A DNA stretch of 64,000 nucleotides from Amoebidium appalachense (Eukaryota; Protista; Ichthyosporea), in contig CAVNZM010000003.1 in NCBI GenBank assembly GCA_963693365.1, positions 8,475,576-8,539,575 of the forward strand. The letters are read 5' to 3'. The translations under genes and the position numbers were made by a program. Positions 9,741 to 46,807 of this stretch are shown piece by piece. Position 1 is the first letter of the stretch; every line of letters begins with the position of its first letter. Under the pieces are notes generated by a model, which saw only the letters and a list, made by a program, of their open reading frames with translations, did not search any database and was not told the origin of the DNA.

Positions 9741-10528
9741 ATTGGTGCCTGCACACGGAGCATGCCTATAGGCTGTTTAGACACCACACGTGTAGGGCGC
9801 TGCCTCTTGGCACCAACCAGAAGAGGGTAGAAATTGGTGCCTGCACACGGAGCATGCCTATAGGCTGTTTAGACACCACACGTGTAGGGCGCTGCCTCTT
9901 GGCACCAACCAGAAGAGGGTAGAAATTGGTGCCTGCACACGGAGCATGCCTATAGGCTGTTTAGACACCACACGTGTAGGGCGCTGCCTCTTGGCACCAA
10001 CCAGAAGAGGGTAGAAATTGGTGCCTGCACACGGAGCATGCCTATAGGCTGTTTAGACACCACACGTGTAGGGCGCTGCCTCTTGGCACCAACCAGAAGA
10101 GGGTAGAAATTGGTGCCTGCACACGGAGCATGCCTATAGGCTGTTTAGACACCACACGTGTAGGGCGCTGCCTCTTGGCACCAACCAGAAGAGGGTAGAA
10201 ATTGGTGCCTGCACACGGAGCATGCCTATAGGCTGTTTAGACACCACACGTGTAGGGCGCTGCCTCTTGGCACCAACCAGAAGAGGGTAGAAATTGGTGC
10301 CTGCACACGGAGCATGCCTATAGGCTGTTTAGACACCACACGTGTAGGGCGCTGCCTCTTGGCACCAACCAGAAGAGGGTAGAAATTGGTGCCTGCACAC
10401 GGAGCATGCCTATAGGCTGTTTAGACACCACACGTGTAGGGCGCTGCCTCTTGGCACCAACCAGAAGAGGGTAGAAATTGGTGCCTGCACACGGAGCATG
10501 CCTATAGGCTGTTTAGACACCACACGTG
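9741..10528 (+). repeat. Perfect tandem array of a 92-bp unit (~8.6 copies)
   Basis: Units start at 9741, 9833, 9925, 10017, 10109, 10201, 10293, 10385 and 10477. The unit contains palindromes gcctataggc, acacgtgt and gcatgc, and the hairpin tgcc-tctt-ggca. Confidence 0.97.
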
Positions 10529-10603
10529 TTGTGGCTTCTGCCTTTATCACCCACACACCCACACGTGCCAACATACACTATCCTCCCCGTGAGTGGCATG
10601 CCA

Positions 10604-10980
10604 GTCCCCCCAGCCCCCCAGCCCCCCAGCCCCCCCTGCCCCCCTGCCCCCCTGCCCCCCTGCCCCCCTGCCCCCCTGCTCCCCTGCCACATGCACACCC
10701 ACACACTGGGTGGCCCCCCTGCCCCCCTGCCTGCCGGAACCAGGCCCCCCAGTGGTGGCATTCCAACACGTGCATGCTAGAAGATCGTGCTACATGAACA
10801 AATGGTCTTAACTCAGCCATACATGGGGGATAGATAGTATCACACAACCATGGTTCCCCCACTCTCCCCAGCCTCCTGTGCACGTGTGCCTCCCCCGACC
10901 CCCTGCCTCCCCTGCACGTGTGCCCCCCCTCCTGCCGGAACCACGGCCCCCAGTGGTGGCAGCCAGTGCCTTACATGCTA
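10604..10980. repeat. C-rich 8-mer tandem (gccccccH)n plus a duplicated ~30-bp motif
   Basis: (cccccctg/cccccca g)n at ~10604-10690; ctgccggaacca(c)ggcccccagtggtggca at ~10731 and ~10932. Confidence 0.75.
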
Positions 10981-10989
10981 ATCTATTCT

Positions 10990-11085
10990 ATGGCCACATG
11001 GCCAGATGGCCAGATTGTTTTGACTTCAGGTGGATCCCCCCCCCTGCTCACAGACTGAATTTGATCTGGCCATCTGGCCATCTGG
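10990..11085. repeat. Inverted repeat made of tandem ATGGCCAG octamers
   Basis: atggccagatggccagat (10998-11015) is the exact reverse complement of atctggccatctggccat (11064-11081). Confidence 0.85.
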
Positions 11086-11301
11086 GTATAAACCGTTTTC
11101 TGTTCTAATATTGGAGAACTGTCGATAGTGATAGAAAATGTCATTGGAAGAACAATCGGGAAATCCCGCGGTGTGACAACCAATCAGAATGAAGCAAGTT
11201 CTAAATCCAACAGCCAATCATACTTTGCTTTGTAATTCGAATTTTTCCTATTTGTAAGCTGTCATGACTGTTGATCACCACCGATAAGTCAGCACTGCAC
11301 C

Positions 11302-12055
11302 CATATCGTACCCCCCATTTCCGGGGTTTTTTTTTATCTCGTGGGTTTACACACTTTTTATTGCGTGGACATTGCCATAATGCAATCGCTTGCATCCAAC
11401 CCGATCGCATTTCGATCGAAGCGCCCCGACCCTTGCACCAGCCGCATATTCGCGCGACCCGGCATCCGATTTGGCTGCGGTGCGGCTGCCCAAGCGGCTA
11501 CATTTTGCCAGACCCAAGTATTCTTTTTTAGGCTTTTGCTGGATCATGTGGATATTTAATCGGCTACATGTAAGCAATATTCTTGATGGAGCATAGGCAA
11601 AAGTGTTATTTACAGCCGGAGGATAACGAATTCCTGTATGCGTGTCGCAACTCCGGCTTCGTGCAGAAGTCATATGCAAGGGTGTTGTCTAATCACGCTA
11701 CTGGTCTTTCTCTAGCTGATGGTATTATTGATCAATTACCACGCTTTTACTGTACACGTGCTATACAGTGGAGATCTAATAAGTATAAGGTGGCATCATT
11801 TGCATGCCCAAACAACACACACACACACCAGTTTAACCGGTCATGTATCGCCAAATGTAGTTTGATAGACCACATAATACCGCAACACACACACGTCACA
11901 TTCACAACAGACACCCAGAAAGATAGCCTACCTGTAAATTACAACATCCTTGATTTTATACTAAACACGCGTAACTACGACCTGTTTATTAGATGTATTG
12001 ATTGGCTTGAGAAACACATCACTACAAAATTATAGCGCACGCGCACACACACACA

Positions 12056-12106
<51 letters not shown>

Positions 12107-12138
12107 CCAGCTGATACCGAGTGTCCCGAGGGGAGCCC

Positions 12139-12190
<52 letters not shown>

Positions 12191-12797
12191 GGGGAACCCC
12201 AACTAATTGATTTCTCCTTGTAGTCTTTATGGTGTCTCGTAGAGAAAGTAAACCCTGATATATAGTCACCACCCGACATCTATGTACGTGATCATGATAT
12301 ACCGCTGAGGGGATATTCCGAGCAAAACCCCCCCCCCCATACCTGAGACTGGTTCTCTTTGCCTCGAGTAAACAGCGTAAACCCCAATCACGCTACCGCC
12401 AATGAAAATCGCGTTAAGAGTCAGCCCCCGCTTCTGGGATTGATATATCGGAAGATTATGACCACGAGGAGGCGTATGCACCTGGGCGTGTCTTCAAGAA
12501 AGCAGCCTTGTCATCTGATTAAAGCAAAAATAAAGCCTTGCACATGTATTGCTTTTGCAGTATACATACACATGCAGATTTGGCTTTACGGTACAAACTG
12601 CTCTTTCTGTAATCGGACCGGGTCTGGCAAAAAACAGCCTTGCGCAGCCGCACCGCAGCCAAATCGGATGCCCGGTCGCGCGAATATGGGGCCGGGGCAA
12701 GGGTCGGGGCGCTTCGATCGAAATGTGATTGGGTTGGATGCAAGCGATTGCATTATTCACGAGATAAAAAACCCCCGGAAATGGGGGGTACGACATG
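11302..12797. mobile_element. Non-autonomous element with long (~180-210 bp) terminal inverted repeats
   Basis: 11306-11515 (tcgtaccccccatttccgggg...ttttgccagaccc) matches the reverse complement of ~12620-12793. The left arm has a ~33-bp extra segment. No transposase seen. Confidence 0.8.
11586..12035 (+). CDS. ~149-aa ORF fragment inside the TIR element, possibly the C-terminus of a retroelement ORF
   Basis: Complex ORF with a Cys/His cluster, ending immediately before a (CA)n tract and an A47 run. Family not recognised. Confidence 0.3.
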   Translation: MEHRQKCYLQPEDNEFLYACRNSGFVQKSYARVLSNHATGLSLADGIIDQLPRFYCTRAIQWRSNKYKVASFACPNNTHTHQFNRSCIAKCSLIDHIIPQHTHVTFTTDTQKDSLPVNYNILDFILNTRNYDLFIRCIDWLEKHITTKL

Positions 12798-12897
12798 CGT
12801 CCGCAGTCGAGCTTTTTTTTTCAAAGCGGAAGGGGACTGAGAGAAGAAAAAGCGAAAAGAAAAGGCGTGAAACGGTTTTGTTTTTACCTTAACCAAA

Positions 12898-22483
<9,586 letters not shown>

Positions 22484-22840
22484 GCCAGCCCAAGCAATGG
22501 TGGTATACCACCGCGGGTCAACATATTAATTCAACTATATTCACCATTATTTTTTTATTTTTTTTTAAAAAAAAAAAAAAAAACCTAAACCAAAAAAAAA
22601 TAAGTTAAGGTGCTGTTTGAAATCTGTTTTTTGAAGCAGGTTTTTGTTGTCTGCCTGTTGCCTAGCTTTAAAGTTCTTAGCCTCACGAGAAGTAGTTATT
22701 CTTTTGTACGAAGGTGTTGTTTGAGCCGTTTGTCGCTTGTACATGCGTTTATGCATGGTGATGGTTATACTTTGGTTATACTTCATTTCCTGTTGTGTCT
22801 GCAGGCTTCGCTGCGTATACTATAGCACGATGGTTGGTAG

Positions 22841-23073
22841 CACGCAGATGCAGCCTGATGAATACATTCACACACACACACTGCACGCAATATCATGAAC
22901 AAACACGCAGATGCAGCCTGATGTATACATTCACACACACACACTGCACGCAATATCATGAACAAACACGCAGATGCAGCCTGATGTATACATTCACACA
23001 CACACACACTGCACGCAATATCATGAACAAATTCACACACACACACTGCACGCAATATCATGAACAAACACGC
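22841..23073 (+). repeat. 63-bp tandem repeat (~3.6 copies)
   Basis: cacgcagatgcagcctgatg.atacattcacacacacacactgcacgcaatatcatgaacaaa at 22841, 22904 and 22967, plus a partial copy. Confidence 0.9.
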
Positions 23074-23769
23074 CTTTACGCTCACACATGCACATTTGGG
23101 CACAGATTAATACCGCATGCTCATACACACAGTCTTTTTCATCGCAAATTGGACATTCCCATGCAGATGTTTCAGTGTACACTTGAGCTATGTGTAGGGG
23201 CTCTTGTAATAAAAACGGATTTTTCCAGTTTCTTTTTATGGACGATACGATCGAACCGGATTCGATCTGGACCAATCATTAATACTCGTATCAAGGTCTG
23301 GATAATAAACGTAGGTGGTACAGCACACACTTCTGGCTATGTAACTGCACATTGAACAGTCAAAGACGACGTTGGTGCTATAGAATCGTGTGCTCTAGAG
23401 CTGTGTTCTAGGATATGAGAAATAAGGATTACGATCTCAATTACGTGATGCAAAAAAACAAATAGAAAAGAGACTGTCATGCACGCAACACATGCCCAAA
23501 GCTTAAGTTGCCCAAATTTTTGTGCATGTGCTAATATGCACATAATATTAACTTACCAGTAGTAAGACGCTGGAACTTCCTAGTCCCCCCCGGCTCGCCC
23601 TCCCCCAACCACCACCACCACCACCACCACCATTTAGACCCTTCTCCCAAAATAAACGGTGAACTAGTAATTCTGCCTTATAAGGCTCGACACCAACATT
23701 TTCTATTGGCAGAGCCTCGGACCGCGGCGACCCACAAGTACGCAACCCTTTTTGCATCTCTCAGTCCCT

Positions 23770-23821
<52 letters not shown>

Positions 23822-25851
23822 GGTGTCTGTCTCTCTCTCTCTCTCTCCCCTCCCCGCCTCCCCCCTCCGCCCCCCCCTCTTTCTCCCCCCCCCCCCCCCC
23901 TTTCTTTCTCTCTCTCGCGATCGAGTTCCCTGCTCCTTCTCTCCACCCGGGTAGGACTGTCTCTCCGAGTCAGACTTTACTCATCCTCTCTTTCCCTCGC
24001 CCCCTCCAACCCACCGTCGTCTCCTCCTTTTCGTGCACGTTCTTTGACAATGTTTAGGTGCTCCTCGAGGACGTCCCTGTTTTCCTTCGATTCAAAGTTT
24101 TGTTTTTCATGGCATAGCATTTGTTCATAATTTCCCTCACCCCTGCCTCCTTGACCCTCTAGCCTATAGATCTAAGCTCCGGCCTGGCTCGCCACCCCAC
24201 ACGTGCACCTGTATAGATAGACCATATTGTCGTAGGTAGCTCAGCTTTTCCATTCATTTTAACATGTACATACCCGAGCACGAAAACATTACGCTAAATG
24301 TTTTACCTTTGGCTGCTACCTTCTGAGGTAGCTCTTATTTTTCAAGGGGACACGGACGTCCGACCCGGAGAGCGCCTGATCACGTGACACACCTGCCCTT
24401 GAAAAATAGACGTCGATTTATTCGTACATAGCTAGAGGGCATATAGTCAGTACGTGCCAGTACCTTTGGCAATATTGGCGCCGAACAGAATCATCGGATT
24501 CGATTGTTGAAAGAACGGGGAGGAGGGTAGCATTGGCTTAAGCTTTGTTGTTGTTGTTTTTTTTTTGGGGGGGGGGGGGGAGAGGGGGGGGGGGGAGGGA
24601 GGGGGGGAGGAGGGGAGGGGGGGGGAGGGGGGGGAGGGGGGGGGTTTGGACCCATTCGCCCGGCGTTTAAAAGGTGCACGTGGGTCCCCCCGCCCCACCA
24701 CCCACATGAGTAGGGGGGGGTAGGGGGGGGGGGGGGGGGGGGAGAGAGGGAGGGACCCACCCATCCCACAGGCTGCCATCATGTGACTACATCTGATTCA
24801 GACAACCTGATCATCTGAGTAATTATATAGTAGCGGTTTACCTACATTCCCAAAACGCAAACCGTTGCTAGTTAATGTGAGTCCTACCTGAAACTCGGAC
24901 TACATGTCGTACGGTAATCCGTGACCCCTCCCCCCCCCTCCCCCCCCCCCCCCCCCCCCCACCACCACCACCACACGCACCCCCCTCCGCCTCGCACTCC
25001 GGATCATGTCTCCAATAATTATCGCCCCACCGCGTGAACACACATACACACACATACAAACCATTTGCTTCACACGTACCGGCACAACCATGTACCACAC
25101 ACGCACACGAGGTGCACAAACTCTGACCAGCGATGCGCACCCGACATTATGACATGCATGAACATGCATATACACTTACTCACACCGCACCGTATACACT
25201 CCGCTCCACACAGTGGCAGATCCGCACATGAACACTGCACGATGAGCATGATAACCATACCCAAATAATTCAAAGTTAAGAAATGACTGACCGTTACGGT
25301 AAAAAAACACAGTCTTTGGTGGGTGGAAAAGAGATGTTGAATTTGGCCACGATCACGCGCACGCACACGGGGGTGGGGGTGGACTGGGGTGGGGATGGGG
25401 GTGGGGGTGGGGGTGGGGTGGGGGGCCCGGGGGAAGGGGGGGAGGCCCTGGGGAGACCTGGTGGTGGTGGTGGGGGAGGGAGGGGGGGGATCGGAGGACC
25501 CCGGGCCCCTTCCCCCTCTCCTCTCCAATCCCCCCCCGCCCCCCGCCCCGCCCCCCCCCCCCCCTCCCCCCGTTCCCTCCCCCTCCCCCCCCCCCCCCCC
25601 CACCCTCCCTCCCTTCGAGAGCGGGGACGCACCACCCACCTCTGCGGCTACCTTGGAGGGGTTGGGGGCGGGGGGGGGGGGGGGGGGAGGGGGGGGGGGG
25701 GGGGGGAGGCCTGAGCAGGGGGAAGGGGCCGTCCACCCAACCCCGAGGAGGGGGGTACCACCTAGGAGGGCACGTCGATATTTACTACTCAGCCCCCCCC
25801 CGCCCCCCCCCCCTCGATTCAACCCCCCCCCCTCCCCCCCCCTCTCCGTGC

Positions 25852-25886
<35 letters not shown>

Positions 25887-26279
25887 TTCAAATCCAAAAA
25901 TCCCTTGCAATTATAAATTGGCGCAGAAAATCTTTTGCTTGAAGTTCAACGAGCACTGTATTACACGTAATTCAAATCATAGAACACTGAAACAAAAGTC
26001 GTAAGTTCCGTTTGCTGTCATATGCGTCTTGAACAAGCACAAGAAGAACTTCAAAACAAGTAAGTAAGAATTCACCATCATCTCCCTGGATTTGTTTGCG
26101 TGCGCCGTACGCGTGCCGTCCCGTGGCCAAATCTGGATACCCATCCTAGCTAGTAGGCCTTACCATGAATCTTTCTATAGATAGTCGCCAGTACTTCACA
26201 GTATACAGTATTACATTGTACACAATCAAGCAAGTGCAATCGACACATGTGCTAAGCCCAAGTCACAAACCAATACATT

Positions 26280-26588
26280 TCAACGATCACCGGGGCAGCA
26301 GGCGTCGAAGCCGCACCAGGGGGGATCCTGCATATTATCGGTAGGGCCAGCTGCCTCTGCACTGGACTCAGGGGGGTATTCATACGTGAGGCATTCCACG
26401 TCACGCTCCACAGGGCGCCAATTGCAACAATACGTGTCACCCCACGATCTCCGTATGTCCACCCACTCGTCGCAAGTAACGAGGTGTGCACCACCTACGT
26501 GCGGCTTGTTTGAGTCTGCAGTGGGTGCTGCGATGGTGGACGCCAAAAAAGTCGGCGCAGCCACTGCAAGGGAAAGGAAGGGTCCCAT
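26280..26588 (-). CDS. Small secreted Cys-rich protein (102 aa to the first TGA)
   Basis: Signal-peptide-like MGPFLSLAVAAPTFLASTIA; 7 Cys; ends WCGFDACCPGDR-TGA-N. Confidence 0.5.
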   Translation of the reverse strand: MGPFLSLAVAAPTFLASTIAAPTADSNKPHVGGAHLVTCDEWVDIRRSWGDTYCCNWRPVERDVECLTYEYPPESSAEAAGPTDNMQDPPWCGFDACCPGDR

Positions 26589-27449
26589 GGTAGAATAAGC
26601 TGCGTATACGATTCACTGCTTGGATATGTGTGTTGAAAACTTTTGTTGATAGTTTGTGGTACACGCCGTGTACAGCTTCGTGCCCTAGTAGCTGGTTGCA
26701 AAGGAGGATTCGGAAGTCGAAAGGCAGACTGATGTTGACTGGGTCCCAAAGTGTTAAGTTTATATACCCAGTCATAGTTCTGTCTCGCAGATGATTGGAC
26801 AAACTGAAACCTCTGGAAGTCTCGATTGTCCCCCCTGAGTTGTAACAGAAGCGCGTGGGCGTATCATCATGTTCTCGCCATCAAGCCTCGAGATTATACT
26901 TCCAAAGCATAGAAAAATTAAGGAACAGGATTAAAACAAACCCAATTCAACAACAAAAATGCGTTTATAAGTACAGTGACACCTCGTTTGTGCAATGGCA
27001 TACATTTGTAAGTGATCCGCTGAAGTTTGCGATTAGGTTGTGGGGGACTCAGGCATCCCAAGAATTCCAAGATTGCCCTGATACTATTGGTTGGCTGGGT
27101 TTGGTAATTGGACCCGGGGTCTTCGAATCGACCCGACCCGAAAAAGTCCGGGCCACTCGAGTAGAGTGGTGCGCAATCAAGAGCGGTGATTGGACGGACA
27201 CGCATCGTGTTTTCCCCCCAAATCTCAAATTTCTAGCGGGGTGTGTCTGATTCACGGCCATCTACATACATAGAAACACCATCTCATTCAAAACTTACAA
27301 ACCCTATTTATCATGTCTGTGAAATATTTAATAAATGTTTGCCATAAATATACAATGATAAGAATATACAATAGTAAGAACTGGGAATACTTCCCTATCC
27401 CAAACATACATTTTCTATATAAAAAACAAACAAATAAAAAATGAAATGG

Positions 27450-27620
27450 GCTCCTCGCCTCCGACGCAGGAGGCACCTGGTTCGAAGCCCGAGATGTAGC
27501 GCATTGGGGATCGGATGCCCTGATGGGACTCGCCTGGGTGCAGAAAAACTATGGCAATGGCTCTCTAAGCTAACTCCAACCGGGGTAGTCAAGGATCGGA
27601 TGCCTTGGCTATTCCGGAAA
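27450..27620 (+). other. tRNA-like B-box fragment, possible SINE remnant
   Basis: cctGGTTCGAAGCCcg at ~27476-27491, preceded by the hairpin gcctcc...ggaggc. No complete cloverleaf. Confidence 0.3.
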
Positions 27621-27899
27621 GTTTTCTTATCTCAGTATGCACTTATTAATTGATAACTCGTGAAGTTTTTATTATCTTTTCAGTATGCCGTGCATACTTG
27701 CATATCTTTCCGTCGAATAAATCCAGTCAAAAAAAAAAAAAAAAAAAAGGGGGGCAACTGAAAATGACTTTAGGCACACAGAGGAGTATTGAGAGATTTT
27801 TATGAGTTGAGGTTGCAAACGTTACCCAATCTTATTTGTTTATTATTTGCCATATATGGTAATTAGAGATCTACTTTACTGCGAGGCTCTGGCTGTTGC

Positions 27900-43573
<15,674 letters not shown>

Positions 43574-44412
43574 TAGCTTGCTCTCCTAGATCAACGCACA
43601 CGTACATGCCCGCGTGGGCGCCGGGGGTGGGGGAGGGGGGGGGGGGGGGGGGGGGGAGGCACGCACACACCCATGCATACACACACCACACCCACACACA
43701 CACACACACATCACATGCACGCACAAACACACGCGCGCGTGCACGCGCGCGCGCGCACGCGCGCACACACACACACACACATGCCCGCACACACACACAG
43801 ACACGCACCATGTCCGCACACCCACCCACTCAGCTTCAAGTATCCCGACGTGCAATGCCACCGTGCAGACACACACGCACGCACATGCCCTTGCACGTAC
43901 ATACTCACATGCACATTATATGCACCCCCCCACACACAGAAGAGCGCACACAAGCTGTGGTGGCAGAGGTTTTTTTATCTACTCGCCCGGCTTGTTGTGC
44001 TCATATGATCAGCTATGTTAGTTTGATCATTCGATACATCTTTAAGAAGTTCGGAGAATGTGCAGGTTGATAGGTTGTTTTCCAGTGAACCATTAATACC
44101 TCTTAGTCTATGAACGAAATGTGTGTCTTTAGAGTTGCCCACATGCAGCTATTGGTAGTTGTTTTATGTTGCGACTTGTAAATAGATAGCAATGTGTCGT
44201 CTGCAGGTCGGAAGGCACATTAACACTAAGAACACCGTGCTCGATATTTAAGTAAAGCTTTATCTTTAAAGATGAAGTTTTTTTAATGTCAACCACCATT
44301 GTGCTGGAAGTGTTGCCACGACCTTTTACTGAACCAACGCACTTGGATGAGTCATCATGAAAATGCACAAGCACCCATACAGGCACGCGGGTAAATCGGG
44401 CAGGCGGGCAAT

Positions 44413-44455
<43 letters not shown>

Positions 44456-45458
44456 TTGAACAATAGGCTAGGGTAGCGTGGTGGTGGGTGGTGGTGGGCG
44501 AGGCCGGGGAGGGAGGGGGGGGGGGGGGGGGGGTAGGGGGGGGGGGGGAGTCAGGAGTACTTAATGCAAACCTCAATGTAAAGCATGTGGGAATGTAAGT
44601 CAAATAAGTTTGCTTGCAAGTTCGAGCAAAGTTTAGCCAGTTTAATATTTGTGTTTGATGATAAATTTATCTGGGTTACCGAGACCAATCATGCTCATGC
44701 AGTATGCAGCAAATGCAGCTAACATTTCCGGATCCCCCTGAACATTTGCCAAGTCTTCTCGAATCCTGGTCTGTTACTTCATATTCTGTCCCACAATCAA
44801 AGACCTATACCGTGCTGGCCACAAATGATCTTACCCTGCCAAGTTTTTTGGGGCGACCTATGTACCCTCATGTACCTGCTATTGGCAGAATCTCCAGCAT
44901 GAAGCGGGCACATCCAGACCCCTGAAAGGTGGCCCCGTGTGAATGTCGCTGAAGAACTGGTCTCTGCATGGTGTGTGTGAACATATATGTAAAACAGCCT
45001 GGTGTTCTTAATTAAATTAAATCTAAGTTGAAAGGTTTTTTTGCCACCTCAGTGATCAAACTCTTATAAGTGTTTGTCGAAACTGGCCGGGAGACTCAGT
45101 GGGTTGGAGGGGGATCCGGAGGCCCGTGGGGGAGGGGTCTGAGACTCATGCAACCCCGAGTTGCAATCAGGGGAAGGAAGTGTGTGTGTGTATGTGCGCG
45201 GTGTGCGTTTCTGTGTGTGTATGCATGCGTGCGTGTGTGTGTGTGCGTGTGTGCATAACCTCAGGTGTGTGTGTGCGCGCGCGTGCGCACGTACGTGTGT
45301 CTGTCTGTGTGCGCGCGTGACGTCTTACAATGTGTGTGCGTGTGTGTGTTTGTGTGTTTGTGTGTGGGTAGGTATAATGTCACGGTGATCGTCACGTATA
45401 TACACTTGCACTTCCAAAAACACACGCCCACACAAGCGGCCCCCATAAATCCCCCCCT

Positions 45459-45498
<40 letters not shown>

Positions 45499-45650
45499 AC
45501 TCTTCCCCCTTCCCTGTCCCCCTCCTTGGGGGGGTGTTAACGGGGAGGGGGGAGGGAGGGGAGGGGAGAGGGGGGGGGGGGAGGGGAGGGGAGGGTTTAA
45601 TATTGATGGGAGGGGGAGGGGGGAAGGGGAGGGGAAGGGGGAATGATTCG

Positions 45651-46177
45651 GAGTGCTGCAGTTCCTTTCCAACAATGAAAGATCATAAATACTCTCGGTT
45701 TCAAATGCTTCCCTAATAATAGTATCACTTAAATGGTCTCTATATGTGGGGAGACTGATGCACCTGGTCCTAAGCTTTTGAAGTGTCACGACGTGGCATC
45801 TGAAGGTGTACAGCTTACTAACACCTGCCCCTCAAACCTCGCCTTTACTTTATTTCTGCCTCGGAGTTGCAACTAGGGGCTGGACTATAATAATCTGAGT
45901 CGATCAATAGATCGTTGACAATGAATCGCATATGGAGCAACAACCAAATTCTTCCCACAATCATTACCAAAAATCTCCTAGCTGTTGCTTTACCAAGTAA
46001 ATATTATTCGTATGGGTGACCATTCTAATAAATCCATGCCACCGTGGTGGCATCGAAGTCTTAGTTTGCTGCTTGCCTTCTGCTCTACCTTTTTAAGTTA
46101 GAGCTGAAAGTGCATGCACAGGTCGCCCCACAAATGTTGCTAAAAATGGACTATGTAGTACTCAATGGCATTCTAAG
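45651..46177 (+). repeat. Dispersed repeat family B, copy 1
   Basis: Shares colinear blocks with copies 2 and 3 (gagtgctg, atgaaaga.cataaa, ttgaagt..cacg.ggcatc, ggctgga.tata...gagtcgatcaa, tgttgctaaaaa.ggact, gcattctaag followed by C-rich sequence). Confidence 0.75.
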
Positions 46178-46807
46178 CCACCCCCTCCCCCCCATCCCCT
46201 CCCTCCGCCACTGCCGCTGCAGCCATCCCCACCCCTTCTGTCCCCGAGACTGCATGGGATTCGAAGGCACCTCATGGGTCAAATGGTTTCATTAACCCCC
46301 CCCCCGCCCCCCCTCCCCCCTCCCCCCTCCCCGCCCATACCACTCCCCCCTCCCCGATGGGCATCCTTCCCCTCCACACTCCTGCACTCCCGGGCCCAAA
46401 TATCCCAACATGCAACCCCTCCCCCCCCCCCCCCTACCCCCCATCCCCATCCCCCCCCCCCCCCTCCTTTCCTCCACTCTCCCCTCCCCCCTTCCCTCTT
46501 CCCTCCCCTGGAGAATGTCTTCTCACCACTGGTTGTCCATAATGATTACACATAGTATGGGTGGATGTACATGTGTGTACCCAGAATACAGGGCCGTGGT
46601 CTACCAAGAAGAAGAATGAAGACGTGAGAGTGTGTGGGTCCATGATGGCCAGGCCATAGGTGGGTGTGTAAGTGCTTAGGGAAGGGGGGAGGGGGGAGGG
46701 GGGAAAGGGGGATGGGGGGGAGGGGAAAGGGTAACATGGGGGGGAGGGGGTGGGGGGGGGGGGGGAGGGGGTGGGGGGGGGGGGGTGGGGGGGGGTGGAT
46801 GAGTGAT

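Noticed and set aside
9741-10528. CRISPR-like array
   Set aside because: Units are identical end to end with no unique spacers, no cas genes are present, and the context is eukaryotic.
26855-27250. 131-aa + strand ORF
   Set aside because: No ATG start and no recognisable motif; it could be a terminal exon or decayed gene but cannot be supported.
27450-27500. Functional tRNA gene
   Set aside because: A B-box/T-arm-like motif is present but there is no D-arm/A-box or acceptor stem.
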